A stretch of DNA of 64,000 bases from Candidatus Yanofskybacteria bacterium RIFCSPLOWO2_01_FULL_39_28 (GCA_001794635.1 MGKE01000011.1:20682-84681); one strand, 5' to 3'. Counted from the stretch's first letter, positions 27,158-36,767 are shown. Made by a program: numbers and translations. Notes: generated by a model not told the origin, from the letters alone.

Positions 27158-29968
27158 CTAATTACAAACGCCCGTCGTTGTAAAGCAGTTGGAGCAGGAA
27201 TAACAGGAACCTGCTTTCATCATCAATGTCCCGCAATTAGCACAAGCTGGGGCATCAGAGTTAGCAACCACAGCAAATTCGTTCGCCTTAATTTGTTGAA
27301 CAGGCACTGAAGCCAGAATTGGTTCATTTTGTTTTTCAAGTTGAGCCAAATAACTGCCATTAGAACTATTGGCATCTGGGCCAAATAATTCTTCTCTTTC
27401 ACTTGGACTTAAGTATTTCATTCCTATATACCTGAAAACGTAGTCCATAATTGACTTGGCAGTTGGAATTTCTGGATTATTTGTAAATCCTGACGGCTCA
27501 AAACGAACATCCTTGAATTTTTTAACCAAAGTCTTGAGTGGAATACCTGACTGCAGACACATTGAGACAAGAGTTGCAATCGTATCAAATAACCCGGATA
27601 CCGTGCTTCCCTCTTTAGCGGTAGTAATAAATGTTTCTCCGGGTTTACCCGTATCAGGATAAAACCCAACAGTAAGATAGCTTTCAAATCCACCGACTGA
27701 AAATTTATGGGTAACAGACGGACGTTCGTCAGGCAATTTTACTCTTGTATAACCGTTTATTTTTTCAATCAATTCGCTCTTGCCCTCTTTAGATGTATTC
27801 AGGGGTTGGATAGATTTGCAACCGTCGCGATAAACAGCAATGGCTTTAAGCCCCAGCTTCCAACCTTGGACAAAAACGTCTTTGATATCTTCTCTTGTGG
27901 CGTCACTTGGCAAATTGACTGTCTTTGAAATTGCTCCTGATATAAACGGCTGGGCAGCCGCCATCATTTTGACATGACCCATATAATGAATGCTTCTCTC
28001 GCCACTCATTGCTTTAAATGAACAATCAAAAACCGGTAAATCATTTTCCAGAAGATGTGGAGAACCTTCAATAGTTTCTCTTTTAAGTAAATGATTGGAT
28101 ATATCTCCTATTTGTTCGTCGGAATATCCTAGTTTGTTCAAAGCCCTAGAAACCTGATTATTGACCAGTTTGAGCGTTCCTCCACCGACAAGTTTCTTGT
28201 ATTTTACCAATGCCAGCTCCGGCTCAATACCGGTAGTATCGCAGTCCATAAGAAAAGCAATCGTGCCAGTAGGAGCAAGGACGGTGGCTTGCGAGTTGCG
28301 AACTCCGTATTTACGTCCGGCAGTTAAAGCATCGTTCCAAACAATGCGAGAATAATTGGTCAGACTATCGTCTTCTGTTTCTAATTTAACCGCTCTACGA
28401 TAAAGTCTCTCTGCTTCTTCAGTGTGCTTTTCAATTACACCAAGCATTGACTCTCTGTTTAACTGATAACCGTTAAATGGGCCTTTAATATCAGCAACAA
28501 GGGCTGACATTCTGTAAGCCTCGCCGCATAAAAGTGAAGTAATCTGACCAGCAACAATTCTTCCTTTTTCAGAATCATAAGGCAAGCCCATGATCATAAG
28601 GAGTAAGCCGAGATTGGCGTAACCAAGACCAAGTTGACGAAAATCTATGGCGTTTTGAGTAATTTTTTCTGTAGGATACGAAGAATTATCCACCACAATA
28701 TCCATTGCTAAAATCATCGTATCAACTACCTTTCTAAAAAGATCTACATCAAATAAACCGTCTTCTTTCGTAAATTTAAGCAAATTAAGCGAAGCCAGAT
28801 TGCAGGCGCTATTATCAATTGACATGTATTCTGAACAAGGGTTAGAAGCGTTAATTCTTCCTGTTTCAGTCAAAGTATGCCAATCATTAATGGTTGTATC
28901 ATACTGAATACCAGGATCAGCGCTATGCCAAGCCGCGTCAGCCATCCAGTCCATTACTTCGCGGGCTCTCATCTTTTCAATACTCTCGCCTGTTGTTACC
29001 GCTTTTAAGTCCCACAAGGAATCGTTTTCAACCGCTTTCATAAACTCATCGGTTACTCGCACAGAATTATTGGCATTCTGGTAAGGTAAGAGAGTATAAG
29101 GATCAAAAATATCAGCCGTAATTGAGTCCTTGATTCCAGATTGGGCCAGAGCTTTGGTCATATCCTCAATTATTTTTTTACAGTAAATAAAGTTTTTTAC
29201 ATCAGGATGATCAATATTTAAAACAACCATTTTGGCTGCCCGGCGAGTAGTTCCACCTGAACGGATAGAATTAGCAACTCCATCAGCGCCTTTCATGAAT
29301 GAAACTGGTCCCGAAGAAAATCCACCCTTAGACAACGGTTCCTTAGATGATCTTAATTTAGATAAGTTGGTTCCGGCTCCAGATCCATATTTAAATATCC
29401 AGCCCTCGTCACGATACCAATCAAGAATTGATTGCATGTTATCCTCTACGGCAAGGATAAAGCAGGCACTGCACTGCGGACGTTCGTGAACGCCAACATT
29501 AAACCAAACCGGGCTATTAAAAGCGGCGTATTGGTTAATAAGTATCCATTTGAGATCTAGAGAAAAATTTTGAGCATCTTCAGGAGAAGCAAAATAATGA
29601 TCTTTCAATCCCCATTTAGCCATAGTGTCAGAAACTCGGTCAATCATTTGCCTAGCGCTATGTTCTCTTTCAGAAGTATTAAGTTGGCCACGGAAATATT
29701 TAGAAGCAACGATATCGGTAGCAGTTTGAGTCCAGAAAGAAGGAACCTCAATATTGTGTTGTTCAAAAACAATAGTTCCATCGCCTTTAACAATCTTTGC
29801 AGTTCTTTTTTCCCATTGAATTTCTTCATACGGGTGAGAATCGCCGAAAAGTCTATTCCACACAAAACCAGTTTTGTGTAAACCATTACCGGGAACAGCT
29901 TCACTGATAGTATTCTCATAATCTAGCGGTTCGTATTCTATTGTTTGAATTTGTTTGCGGTAATCCAT
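27158..29968 (-). CDS. nrdJ: class II (adenosylcobalamin-dependent) ribonucleotide reductase
   Basis: 936 aa; RNR barrel motifs (NPCSEY..., ...LAPTGTIAFLMDCDTTGIEP); Cys-rich C-terminal tail CANCG...CYSCSNC. Confidence 0.9.
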   Translation of the reverse strand: MDYRKQIQTIEYEPLDYENTISEAVPGNGLHKTGFVWNRLFGDSHPYEEIQWEKRTAKIVKGDGTIVFEQHNIEVPSFWTQTATDIVASKYFRGQLNTSEREHSARQMIDRVSDTMAKWGLKDHYFASPEDAQNFSLDLKWILINQYAAFNSPVWFNVGVHERPQCSACFILAVEDNMQSILDWYRDEGWIFKYGSGAGTNLSKLRSSKEPLSKGGFSSGPVSFMKGADGVANSIRSGGTTRRAAKMVVLNIDHPDVKNFIYCKKIIEDMTKALAQSGIKDSITADIFDPYTLLPYQNANNSVRVTDEFMKAVENDSLWDLKAVTTGESIEKMRAREVMDWMADAAWHSADPGIQYDTTINDWHTLTETGRINASNPCSEYMSIDNSACNLASLNLLKFTKEDGLFDVDLFRKVVDTMILAMDIVVDNSSYPTEKITQNAIDFRQLGLGYANLGLLLMIMGLPYDSEKGRIVAGQITSLLCGEAYRMSALVADIKGPFNGYQLNRESMLGVIEKHTEEAERLYRRAVKLETEDDSLTNYSRIVWNDALTAGRKYGVRNSQATVLAPTGTIAFLMDCDTTGIEPELALVKYKKLVGGGTLKLVNNQVSRALNKLGYSDEQIGDISNHLLKRETIEGSPHLLENDLPVFDCSFKAMSGERSIHYMGHVKMMAAAQPFISGAISKTVNLPSDATREDIKDVFVQGWKLGLKAIAVYRDGCKSIQPLNTSKEGKSELIEKINGYTRVKLPDERPSVTHKFSVGGFESYLTVGFYPDTGKPGETFITTAKEGSTVSGLFDTIATLVSMCLQSGIPLKTLVKKFKDVRFEPSGFTNNPEIPTAKSIMDYVFRYIGMKYLSPSEREELFGPDANSSNGSYLAQLEKQNEPILASVPVQQIKANEFAVVANSDAPACANCGTLMMKAGSCYSCSNCFTTTGVCN

Positions 29969-29979
29969 TTTAATTTATT

Positions 29980-30087
29980 GCCAAAATATCGCCCCTAAGG
30001 CGATATTTTGGCCTACTAGAGATGTTTGAACCCGCTCTTTTGAGCGAGACTCGCTTCTTTAGAAGAAGCGGCCCGCCTTAAGGCGGG
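29980..30087 (-). promoter_or_regulatory. structured nrdJ 5' leader with four tandem hairpins
   Basis: A 14-bp stem pairs 29980-29993 with 29999-30012, about 10 nt from the ATG. Other stems: CGCTC/GAGCG, CGCTTCTT/AAGAAGCG, CCCGCC/GGCGGG. Confidence 0.4.
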
Positions 30088-30185
30088 ATTTATTCAACTA
30101 AACGTGTGTTTATTAATTTCAACACTCACTAATTTAATTTTAACTCCATCAAAAAATTATTCAATAGCTAAAAACTGTTGATAAG

Positions 30186-31352
30186 TTAAATATCCTTAGC
30201 TCTTTCAGCAAATTTAAGCTTATATTTCTTATTTTTATAAATTCTAGTTACAGTATAATTGATAAACCAAGTAGTAGCCATTATCAATGCAAAGTATAAA
30301 CCACCGATTCCAGTCATTTGAGGTAACTCTGTCTTGGAAATATACCCCAATATACCAGCAACAACGCCAATACTTGTGATTAATTGTAAGGATTGGATGC
30401 CTCTGGTTGTGCTTTGATTTTTAATTTCAACAATTATCTGAACAGCTGAAGACAAATAATCAGTAGTCATCTTCCAAACCTCTTTAATATAGTCCAGAGT
30501 ATCGGTCAAAATTTCAAATTTAAACTGGAACAACTTGACCAGATAGTCCTCTAATTGGAAACCTTTTGCTATAGATGAGCGAGTTCTAATATAAGACCCC
30601 ATCTGATTTATCCTGTTACTAATTAAACTTACTGTTTTTTGATAGCTATCAAGGCGTGATCTTAAAAGCTCTATTTCGCTTCCACTAATATAGCCTCGTT
30701 CTTTAATATCTGAAATTTCTTCCCAAATATGGCGATGAATATTTAAATATTTTTCCAGTTGATCCTTAAACTCTCTAAAAAATATCTGCATTTCAACGAG
30801 TTCGCGTATTGAAGCAAGATTTTGTTTGCTTACAATAAACAGAAACCTTGGTGTTTTGTGAACTAGTATATCTTTACTTTGTATTGTACTGTAAACCGAT
30901 CCGAATTGGTCGGGATCTATTTTGAAACTAACGGGTTCATCGGCAATAATAGTTATTACCGTCGGGTGAGTTGTTTTTATATTAGCCAACTCTTTCGGAG
31001 TGGGGGCGCCTAAAGAAAAAATATATGAGATGGCGGGATTAAGTTTGTTGTTAAAATAATTTTCTAACAATTTTGAGCCCTGCTTAATATCTTCGGAATC
31101 CAGTTCTAATATATAAAGTCCATCTTCATAATAACGTATTTCTATGCCTTCTTTTGTTTTAGCCCTGACAAATTCCAAGTACCCAGCTTCTCTGGTTATT
31201 GTTTCTATCCCCAGATTATTTTTAAATTCAATTAGTTTGTTTTTATCCAAGTCTAAATTTGATTTGCCAAAAGCCATCAGGTCACATATTTCACTTAGAT
31301 GGAGTGTGGTTCTTTGATACCAACCGCCATAAGTAATTTTTGTTCTATCCAT
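30186..31352 (-). CDS. hypothetical protein with two C-terminal TM helices (CorA-like topology, no GMN motif)
   Basis: 388 aa; a soluble N-terminal domain followed by ...ITSIGVVAGILGYI...GGLYFALIMATTWFINY. Confidence 0.5.
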   Translation of the reverse strand: MDRTKITYGGWYQRTTLHLSEICDLMAFGKSNLDLDKNKLIEFKNNLGIETITREAGYLEFVRAKTKEGIEIRYYEDGLYILELDSEDIKQGSKLLENYFNNKLNPAISYIFSLGAPTPKELANIKTTHPTVITIIADEPVSFKIDPDQFGSVYSTIQSKDILVHKTPRFLFIVSKQNLASIRELVEMQIFFREFKDQLEKYLNIHRHIWEEISDIKERGYISGSEIELLRSRLDSYQKTVSLISNRINQMGSYIRTRSSIAKGFQLEDYLVKLFQFKFEILTDTLDYIKEVWKMTTDYLSSAVQIIVEIKNQSTTRGIQSLQLITSIGVVAGILGYISKTELPQMTGIGGLYFALIMATTWFINYTVTRIYKNKKYKLKFAERAKDI

Positions 31353-31441
31353 ATTTAAATTATAACATCATAATAAATCTACGCCAAAAATAAAACTCGT
31401 TTAAAAACGAGTTTTATTGTTTAGTATAAACTTATAAATAT

Positions 31442-32605
31442 CTATTTCATCTTCCTTCTGATAAACGCTGGAATATCCAAATCATCATCTGTTACCGAAG
31501 CATCTACAAATTCTCTTAGAGTGCCGTTAGTATTACCGTTGCCATTGCCGTGACTGGCAACAATTGGTTTCTTAACCTCGTGAGAATTATTATCAAACAA
31601 ATTAGGTCTTTGCTGGACTGTGGCCGGCCGAGGATGAACGGCGTGGCCATTATTAAATCCTGTTGCGACAACTGTTATCTTAATTTCCCCTTTTTTAAGT
31701 TTGTCATCTAAAACTGCGCCAAATATTACTTTCGCATCACTGTCTATGTGTTCCGTGATGATCCTGGCTGCTTCGTTTATTTCAGCCATGGCCAAATCCG
31801 TATTACCAGAAACATTAAACAAAACCCCCTTAGCTCCATCAATGGAAACCTCCAACAAAGGAGAATTAATTGCCATTTTAGCTGCTTCAATTGCCCTGTC
31901 TTCACCAGAAGCCCGTCCAATACCCATAAGCGCTGAGCCAGAGTTAGCCATAACTGCCTTAACATCCGCAAAATCAACATTAATTATACCCGGGATGGTG
32001 ATCAAATCAGAAATTCCCTGAACGCCTTGTCTTAAAACATCATCAACAATAGCAAACGATTCCAGTAGAGGAGTTTTGCGGTCAATAATTGAAAGCAACC
32101 TATCGTTTGGGATGGTAATCAAAGCATCAACTTTTTCTCTCAAACCATGCCAGCCGTCTTCGGCTATTCTCATTCTTTGAGCTCCTTCAAAACTAAAAGG
32201 TTTAGTAACAACCCCGACAGTAAGAGCGCCCATATCGCGAGCAATATCAGCAACAATCGGCGCTGCGCCAGTTCCGGTTCCGCCACCAAGCCCGCAAGTT
32301 ATAAAAACCATATCCGAACCCTTAAGAGCGGTTCCTATTTCTTCCTTAGTATCAATAGCTGCCTGTTTGCCTACATCAGGATTCATTCCCGCACCAAGAC
32401 CCTTGGTCAAGCTCTTACCAATGTGAATTTTTGTGGGGGCGTTAGTATTATGCAAAGCTTGAGCGTCTGTATTAATAGCGATAAATTCAACGCCATGAAT
32501 TCTGGCCTCAATCATCCGGGCTAAAGCATTGCCACCTGAACCGCCACAACCTACAACTTTGATTCTGGCAAATGTTTCAAATGCTGGTTTTACTTGAGCT
32601 GACAT
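31442..32605 (-). CDS. ftsZ: cell division protein FtsZ
   Basis: GGGTGTGAAPIVA tubulin signature; 387 aa. Confidence 0.97.
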   Translation of the reverse strand: MSAQVKPAFETFARIKVVGCGGSGGNALARMIEARIHGVEFIAINTDAQALHNTNAPTKIHIGKSLTKGLGAGMNPDVGKQAAIDTKEEIGTALKGSDMVFITCGLGGGTGTGAAPIVADIARDMGALTVGVVTKPFSFEGAQRMRIAEDGWHGLREKVDALITIPNDRLLSIIDRKTPLLESFAIVDDVLRQGVQGISDLITIPGIINVDFADVKAVMANSGSALMGIGRASGEDRAIEAAKMAINSPLLEVSIDGAKGVLFNVSGNTDLAMAEINEAARIITEHIDSDAKVIFGAVLDDKLKKGEIKITVVATGFNNGHAVHPRPATVQQRPNLFDNNSHEVKKPIVASHGNGNGNTNGTLREFVDASVTDDDLDIPAFIRRKMK

Positions 32606-32707
32606 AATAGAAAATTACTTTATACCTCGTATTATCATAAATCAAAAACCGACGCAAATTTTGATGTCGGTTTTGTGGATAAGTTGTTTATAAAACCAAG
32701 TTCGAGA

Positions 32708-33955
32708 CTAAGGTAGGAAATTTTTTAGCCAATCCCCAAACTTCTTAACTAAATCACTACCTAACTGTGACGACATTTTCCTGTTTCCATAACCCCCTCC
32801 AGTTTCCCGCTCTATCCCCCACAAAACCGCGCCCATAGCTACAGCAAAAGAAGGATCGTCAACAATTTCTGATATACCTTCAAAGTGGATTGACTTAGCT
32901 ATTTTGACCGGCAAGCGCAATCTTTCTTTCGCCAACAAAGCAATGCCCGGCATATTAACTCCGCCACCGCTTAAAACAACTCCGGCTGGCAAAAGTCCGT
33001 TTTTTGAAACTTTTTTCAACTCATTGTTTACCATATCAAACAACTCATAAACCCTGGCATCAATTACTTTAATCAGCTGTTTTTTCTGAATTAAGAAATC
33101 TTCTTCCCCGAGGAGACCGGATAAATCAATTTCCCCTCGGCGCCTCATATCCTCGCCGGTTGAAGTTGAGCCGTGTTCAAGTTTTACCCTCTCTGCAACA
33201 TCAAGCGAAGTTCTAAGCATTACTGCCAGATCATTTGTAATATGCCGTGAACCTATAGGCAAAACTGCGCTATGCAGTAAATCGGCCTCTTCATAAACAG
33301 TCAGAGTAGAAGTTCCTCCGCCAAAGTCTAAGTTGACTACCCCGTATTCTTTTTGATTCTTATCTAAAACAGATAGGGACGATGCCAATGGAGCATAAAC
33401 AAGGCCAGCAACTTCAATATTGTTTTCATTTACACATTTAGCCAGATTTCTTAAATAAGGTGATAATCCGTCAACCAAAACAACATCGGCCTCAAGACGA
33501 ACCCCTTTCATACCAAAAGGATTTTTAACATATTCGGTCCCGTCAACTATAAAGTTCCTTGGAATTACATGGATTATTTCTCTATTGGGCGGCAAACTAA
33601 CAACTGAAGCAGCTTTAACAACTCTGTCAATGTCGCTTTGAGAAATTTCATTGTCTGCTCTTGAAACAGCAATCACGCCTCTTGAGGTTTGTGTGTTGAT
33701 ATGAAGTCCATTTACCGCTAAATAAACGCTTTTAATTTTAACCCCGGCCATCGCTTCAGCTCTTTGGACAGCCGAGTGGACATTTTGGATTGTTTCTTCC
33801 ATATCCACCACCATTCCCTTTCTTAATCCATTAGACAAAGCGCTTCCAGAACCAATTATCTCAGGCCTCAAACTATCGCCGTTTATTTTGGCAATGACAA
33901 CCTTGACTTGAGAGTTACCGATATCTATCCCTGAAATAATATAAGACCTAGCCAT
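32708..33955 (-). CDS. ftsA: cell division protein FtsA
   Basis: Actin-fold ATPase (GIDIGNSQVKVV..., DFGGGTSTLTV), located upstream of ftsZ. Confidence 0.93.
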   Translation of the reverse strand: MARSYIISGIDIGNSQVKVVIAKINGDSLRPEIIGSGSALSNGLRKGMVVDMEETIQNVHSAVQRAEAMAGVKIKSVYLAVNGLHINTQTSRGVIAVSRADNEISQSDIDRVVKAASVVSLPPNREIIHVIPRNFIVDGTEYVKNPFGMKGVRLEADVVLVDGLSPYLRNLAKCVNENNIEVAGLVYAPLASSLSVLDKNQKEYGVVNLDFGGGTSTLTVYEEADLLHSAVLPIGSRHITNDLAVMLRTSLDVAERVKLEHGSTSTGEDMRRRGEIDLSGLLGEEDFLIQKKQLIKVIDARVYELFDMVNNELKKVSKNGLLPAGVVLSGGGVNMPGIALLAKERLRLPVKIAKSIHFEGISEIVDDPSFAVAMGAVLWGIERETGGGYGNRKMSSQLGSDLVKKFGDWLKNFLP

Positions 33956-34373
33956 TTAGTTTATCTAAAATTTTATTTTCTAATTTAAACATTTTTTCAG
34001 CTTCTTGTTCTGATTTCTCATGATCATATCCGGCTAAATGTAAAAATCCATGCACAGTCAGTTGTGCAAGTTTCATCTCTATATCTACATTTTCGCTCTT
34101 TGCTTCTTTTTTGGCAAATGGCAAGCAGATAAAAATATCCCCCATGTCACCACTCTCCTCCATCGGGAATGACAAAACATCTGTAACTTTGTTTTTGTTC
34201 ATATGTTTTTTATTCAACTCTTTTATTTTTCCTTCTCCAACTAAATTCAAACTTACACTGATGTTTTTATTTACCAACTTTAATTCCCCCCCTGCTATTT
34301 CAAGTATTTTTTTGAAAAAATTTTCGTTAAACTGCTTGTCGGTGGTTAAATTTTGAAATACTAAATCTAACAT
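33948..34373 (-). CDS. ybeY: rRNA maturation RNase YbeY
   Basis: HGFLHLAGYDH zinc-binding motif. Confidence 0.9.
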   Translation of the reverse strand: MLDLVFQNLTTDKQFNENFFKKILEIAGGELKLVNKNISVSLNLVGEGKIKELNKKHMNKNKVTDVLSFPMEESGDMGDIFICLPFAKKEAKSENVDIEMKLAQLTVHGFLHLAGYDHEKSEQEAEKMFKLENKILDKLNG

Positions 34374-34396
34374 TAGCTAGATTTTAACATTAAATT

Positions 34397-34629
34397 AAAA
34401 AGTCCGTAATACGGACATTTATATAAAAAGAGCTGGGGCCGAACAAGTCGGCTCCAAAGGGTACAAGAGAGAAGGCAGAAGTGTTACGAAACTGCCTGAC
34501 GAGAACGGAGACCGGCGCTGGCGTAGCTTGTTCTGCGGCTTTTTGTCAAAGAGCGGAATTGCTCTCTGGAGGCCGCCATTTGACCCGGCAACCATATTCT
34601 AATTATACGCCTTTTCACTCAAAAATCAA
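34397..34629 (-). other. short GC-rich transcription unit paralogous to the promoter and 3' end of the 37098-37865 gene (candidate DGR VR/TR remnant)
   Basis: TTGATT-16-TATAAT promoter (34624-34629 / 34602-34607) shares ~40 nt with 38051-38090. Block 34486-34527 matches 37104-37145. Terminator-like hairpin GTCCG-TATTA-CGGAC plus a T-run lies at 34397-34416 in minus sense. Confidence 0.5.
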
Positions 34630-34638
34630 CCAGGCCAT

Positions 34639-34667
34639 ACAAAAACCGCCATTTTGGCGGTTTTTGT
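34639..34667. terminator. bidirectional hairpin terminator
   Basis: ACAAAAACCGCC-ATTTT-GGCGGTTTTTGT, a perfect 12-bp stem. Confidence 0.6.
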
Positions 34668-34711
34668 AGTTTCATTATTTTCCCCCACCTAGATTTCACC
34701 GATTTTTGAAT

Positions 34712-34963
34712 TTAGTATACTCCTTGTCGATTACCAATTTTTATCACCAGGATCAAGAGTTCAGAAGCCCGAACTTGATAAATAATTCTGTATTCTCCCA
34801 CACGGAGAGAGCGATAACTTTTGTACTGACCCCATAATTTTTTTCCCAACAATGGGCTTCTTTGGAGTCCTTTCAACGCGACCAGAATTTGGTCTTTATA
34901 TTGCTTCTGAATACCATTGAGACTATCTTTAACTTTTTTTGGCAGAATGACCTCGTAATCCAT
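34712..34963 (-). CDS. RelE/ParE-family type II toxin
   Basis: 83 aa; ...YRIIYQVRASELLILVIKIGNRQGVY C-terminus; follows a Phd-like gene. Confidence 0.75.
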   Translation of the reverse strand: MDYEVILPKKVKDSLNGIQKQYKDQILVALKGLQRSPLLGKKLWGQYKSYRSLRVGEYRIIYQVRASELLILVIKIGNRQGVY

Positions 34964-35267
34964 GTTTTTTCCTTCCTCCTGTTACTTTAACATAACCCTC
35001 TTCAGCAAGAATTTTATCAAGCGTTGCATAGTTTCCTTTGCGATATTCACCCTCGGCCTCGGAAATATCATCTTCAAGATCAGGGAAAGCACGAAGCACG
35101 TCTACGGTCTCCACAAGCGATTCAAAATCCGATGCTGAAAGAACAACCATTTTAGGACGACCTTTTTCGGTCAACATAAAATGCTGTCCTGGCTGTTGGA
35201 CCTGTTTCATGATAGAAAATATCTCTTTCCGAGCCTGGGATATGGACATGATGTTTTTTATATTCAT
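34929..35267 (-). CDS. Phd/YefM-family antitoxin
   Basis: MSISQARKEIFSIMKQV...GRPKMVVLSASDFESLVETVDVL; overlaps the toxin start. Confidence 0.75.
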   Translation of the reverse strand: MNIKNIMSISQARKEIFSIMKQVQQPGQHFMLTEKGRPKMVVLSASDFESLVETVDVLRAFPDLEDDISEAEGEYRKGNYATLDKILAEEGYVKVTGGRKKHGLRGHSAKKS

Positions 35268-35316
35268 ATGTACATTATAACGTACACCTTAACTTAATGC
35301 AAGTGGATAAGTCTGG

Positions 35317-35817
35317 CTACTTAGATAGTTCTTCTTTAACTATCCTGGAAACCGTGGTTCCATCGGCTTTGCCTTTGACTTTGGTCATTACTGAGCCGAT
35401 AACTTGCCCCGCCTTCGCTAAAGTAGCTTCGGCGGGCAAAGCCATATCTTTTATAGTTTGTTGAACAACTTTTCTTATATCATCTTCTGACATTTGTTCG
35501 GGCATATATTCTGTCAGAATTTCAATCTCACTTTTTTCTTTTTCGGCCAACTCGGGACGTCCACCCTTGTTGTATTGTTCAATGGAATCTTTCCTTTTTT
35601 TAATTTCCGATGAAATTACTTCAATAATTTCCTCCTCGTTTAATTTGCTAAGTTCTTCCAGTTTTGATGTGTCCTGCTCTGTTTTGCTTAACTTGCCTCT
35701 TTTCTCAAGCTCGCGAGACTTAACCGCGCTTAAAACCAAACCCAAAACCATCCGTCGCTGGCTATCACCGGCCTTCAATGCTTCCTTCACATCGGTTTGG
35801 AGTTTTTCTTTTAACAT
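35317..35817 (-). CDS. GatB/YqeY domain protein
   Basis: LKEKLQTDVKEALKAGDSQRRMVLGLVLSAVKSRELE... typical YqeY. Confidence 0.8.
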   Translation of the reverse strand: MLKEKLQTDVKEALKAGDSQRRMVLGLVLSAVKSRELEKRGKLSKTEQDTSKLEELSKLNEEEIIEVISSEIKKRKDSIEQYNKGGRPELAEKEKSEIEILTEYMPEQMSEDDIRKVVQQTIKDMALPAEATLAKAGQVIGSVMTKVKGKADGTTVSRIVKEELSK

Positions 35818-35847
35818 AATAATATATGAATAATATGCAATTATTGA

Positions 35848-36767
35848 TTAAATTTCAATCTCACCCCATCCGCTTAACCAAATCATCTCGTGCTCTAAAT
35901 CATGCCCGTTACAGTGTTTTAGAATGCCGAGATAGGAATTTAGTGATTGTCTAAGCGATTCTTGAGAAATCAAATTATTGTAAGATCCTTCTCGTTTAAT
36001 ACCTATTTTACTAATAACTCTATTGCGAGTCTTCATTCTTATAACTCTATGGTATGGCAATATAACATATCCCAGAAAATCTATCCCCTGCCGGTATTTC
36101 CTTAGTATAACTTTGTTCGGATGCAAAGATAAAGCCAAATGTTCTTCCAAAAACTCATTGATTTTAAAAGCAAGTTCCAGTGCCTGGTGTTTTAGAAAAG
36201 CTATCTAGTATTTTTGAAATCAGCCACAAAGAATCCGTGTCTTTAATTTTATTAGCGATAATCTTTTTTAAATTTGCTTTATCTATTGAGTCAAAAAACT
36301 TGCGAACATCGCATTTTAGGGCATAAATAAGCCCATTATTATTACAACTCGACTTTCTAATAAAACTCTCCAATCGATTAACGGCCCAATGAGTCCCCTT
36401 TACTAATCGACAGGAATAAGAATCGTATATAAATTTGCGGTCAAAAATCTGGTATAAAATTCTAAAAATAGCGTGATGCAAAACTCTATCCCGAACACAA
36501 GCCTTGTGAATATGCCTTAATTTTGGATCAGTTACATAAAATGAAACATAAGGAGAGTGAACATAAGATTTATCTTTTAAATCTTCGTATAGTTGAAAAA
36601 TATTATCTTCCAGGTTAAACTCAAATTCTTGGACATCTTGTTTTGAAGTTTTACCCTTCTTGAATTCTTTCCAAGCCAAAAATAAGTTTTCGAGGCAAAT
36701 TATTTTTTCAAAAATATTATGACTATTAAGCCCCCCCCCCCAACAAGTTGAAGTTCCGCTCGTGCAT
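35848..36767 (-). pseudogene. DGR-type reverse transcriptase, disrupted (N-terminal frameshift plus loss of the motif 4-5/YxDD segment)
   Basis: Two ORFs in different frames (36164..36679 and 35848..36150) carry the RT N-terminal motifs (NIFEKIICLENLFLAWKEFKKGK, DPKLRHIHKACVRDRVLHHAI, DVRKFFDSID) and the C-terminal thumb (LSLHPNKVILRKYRQGIDFLGYVI). No YxDD occurs in any frame between them. Confidence 0.75.
36731..36741. repeat. 11-nt poly(C) homopolymer (poly-G in RT sense)
   Basis: Eleven consecutive C in an AT-rich genome, lying between the ATG at 36767 and the conserved RT N-terminus. Confidence 0.95.

Noticed and set aside
29969-30130. Cobalamin riboswitch or NrdR boxes upstream of nrdJ
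   Set aside because: No B12-box-like core and no tandem 16-bp palindromic NrdR operators are visible, only generic hairpins.
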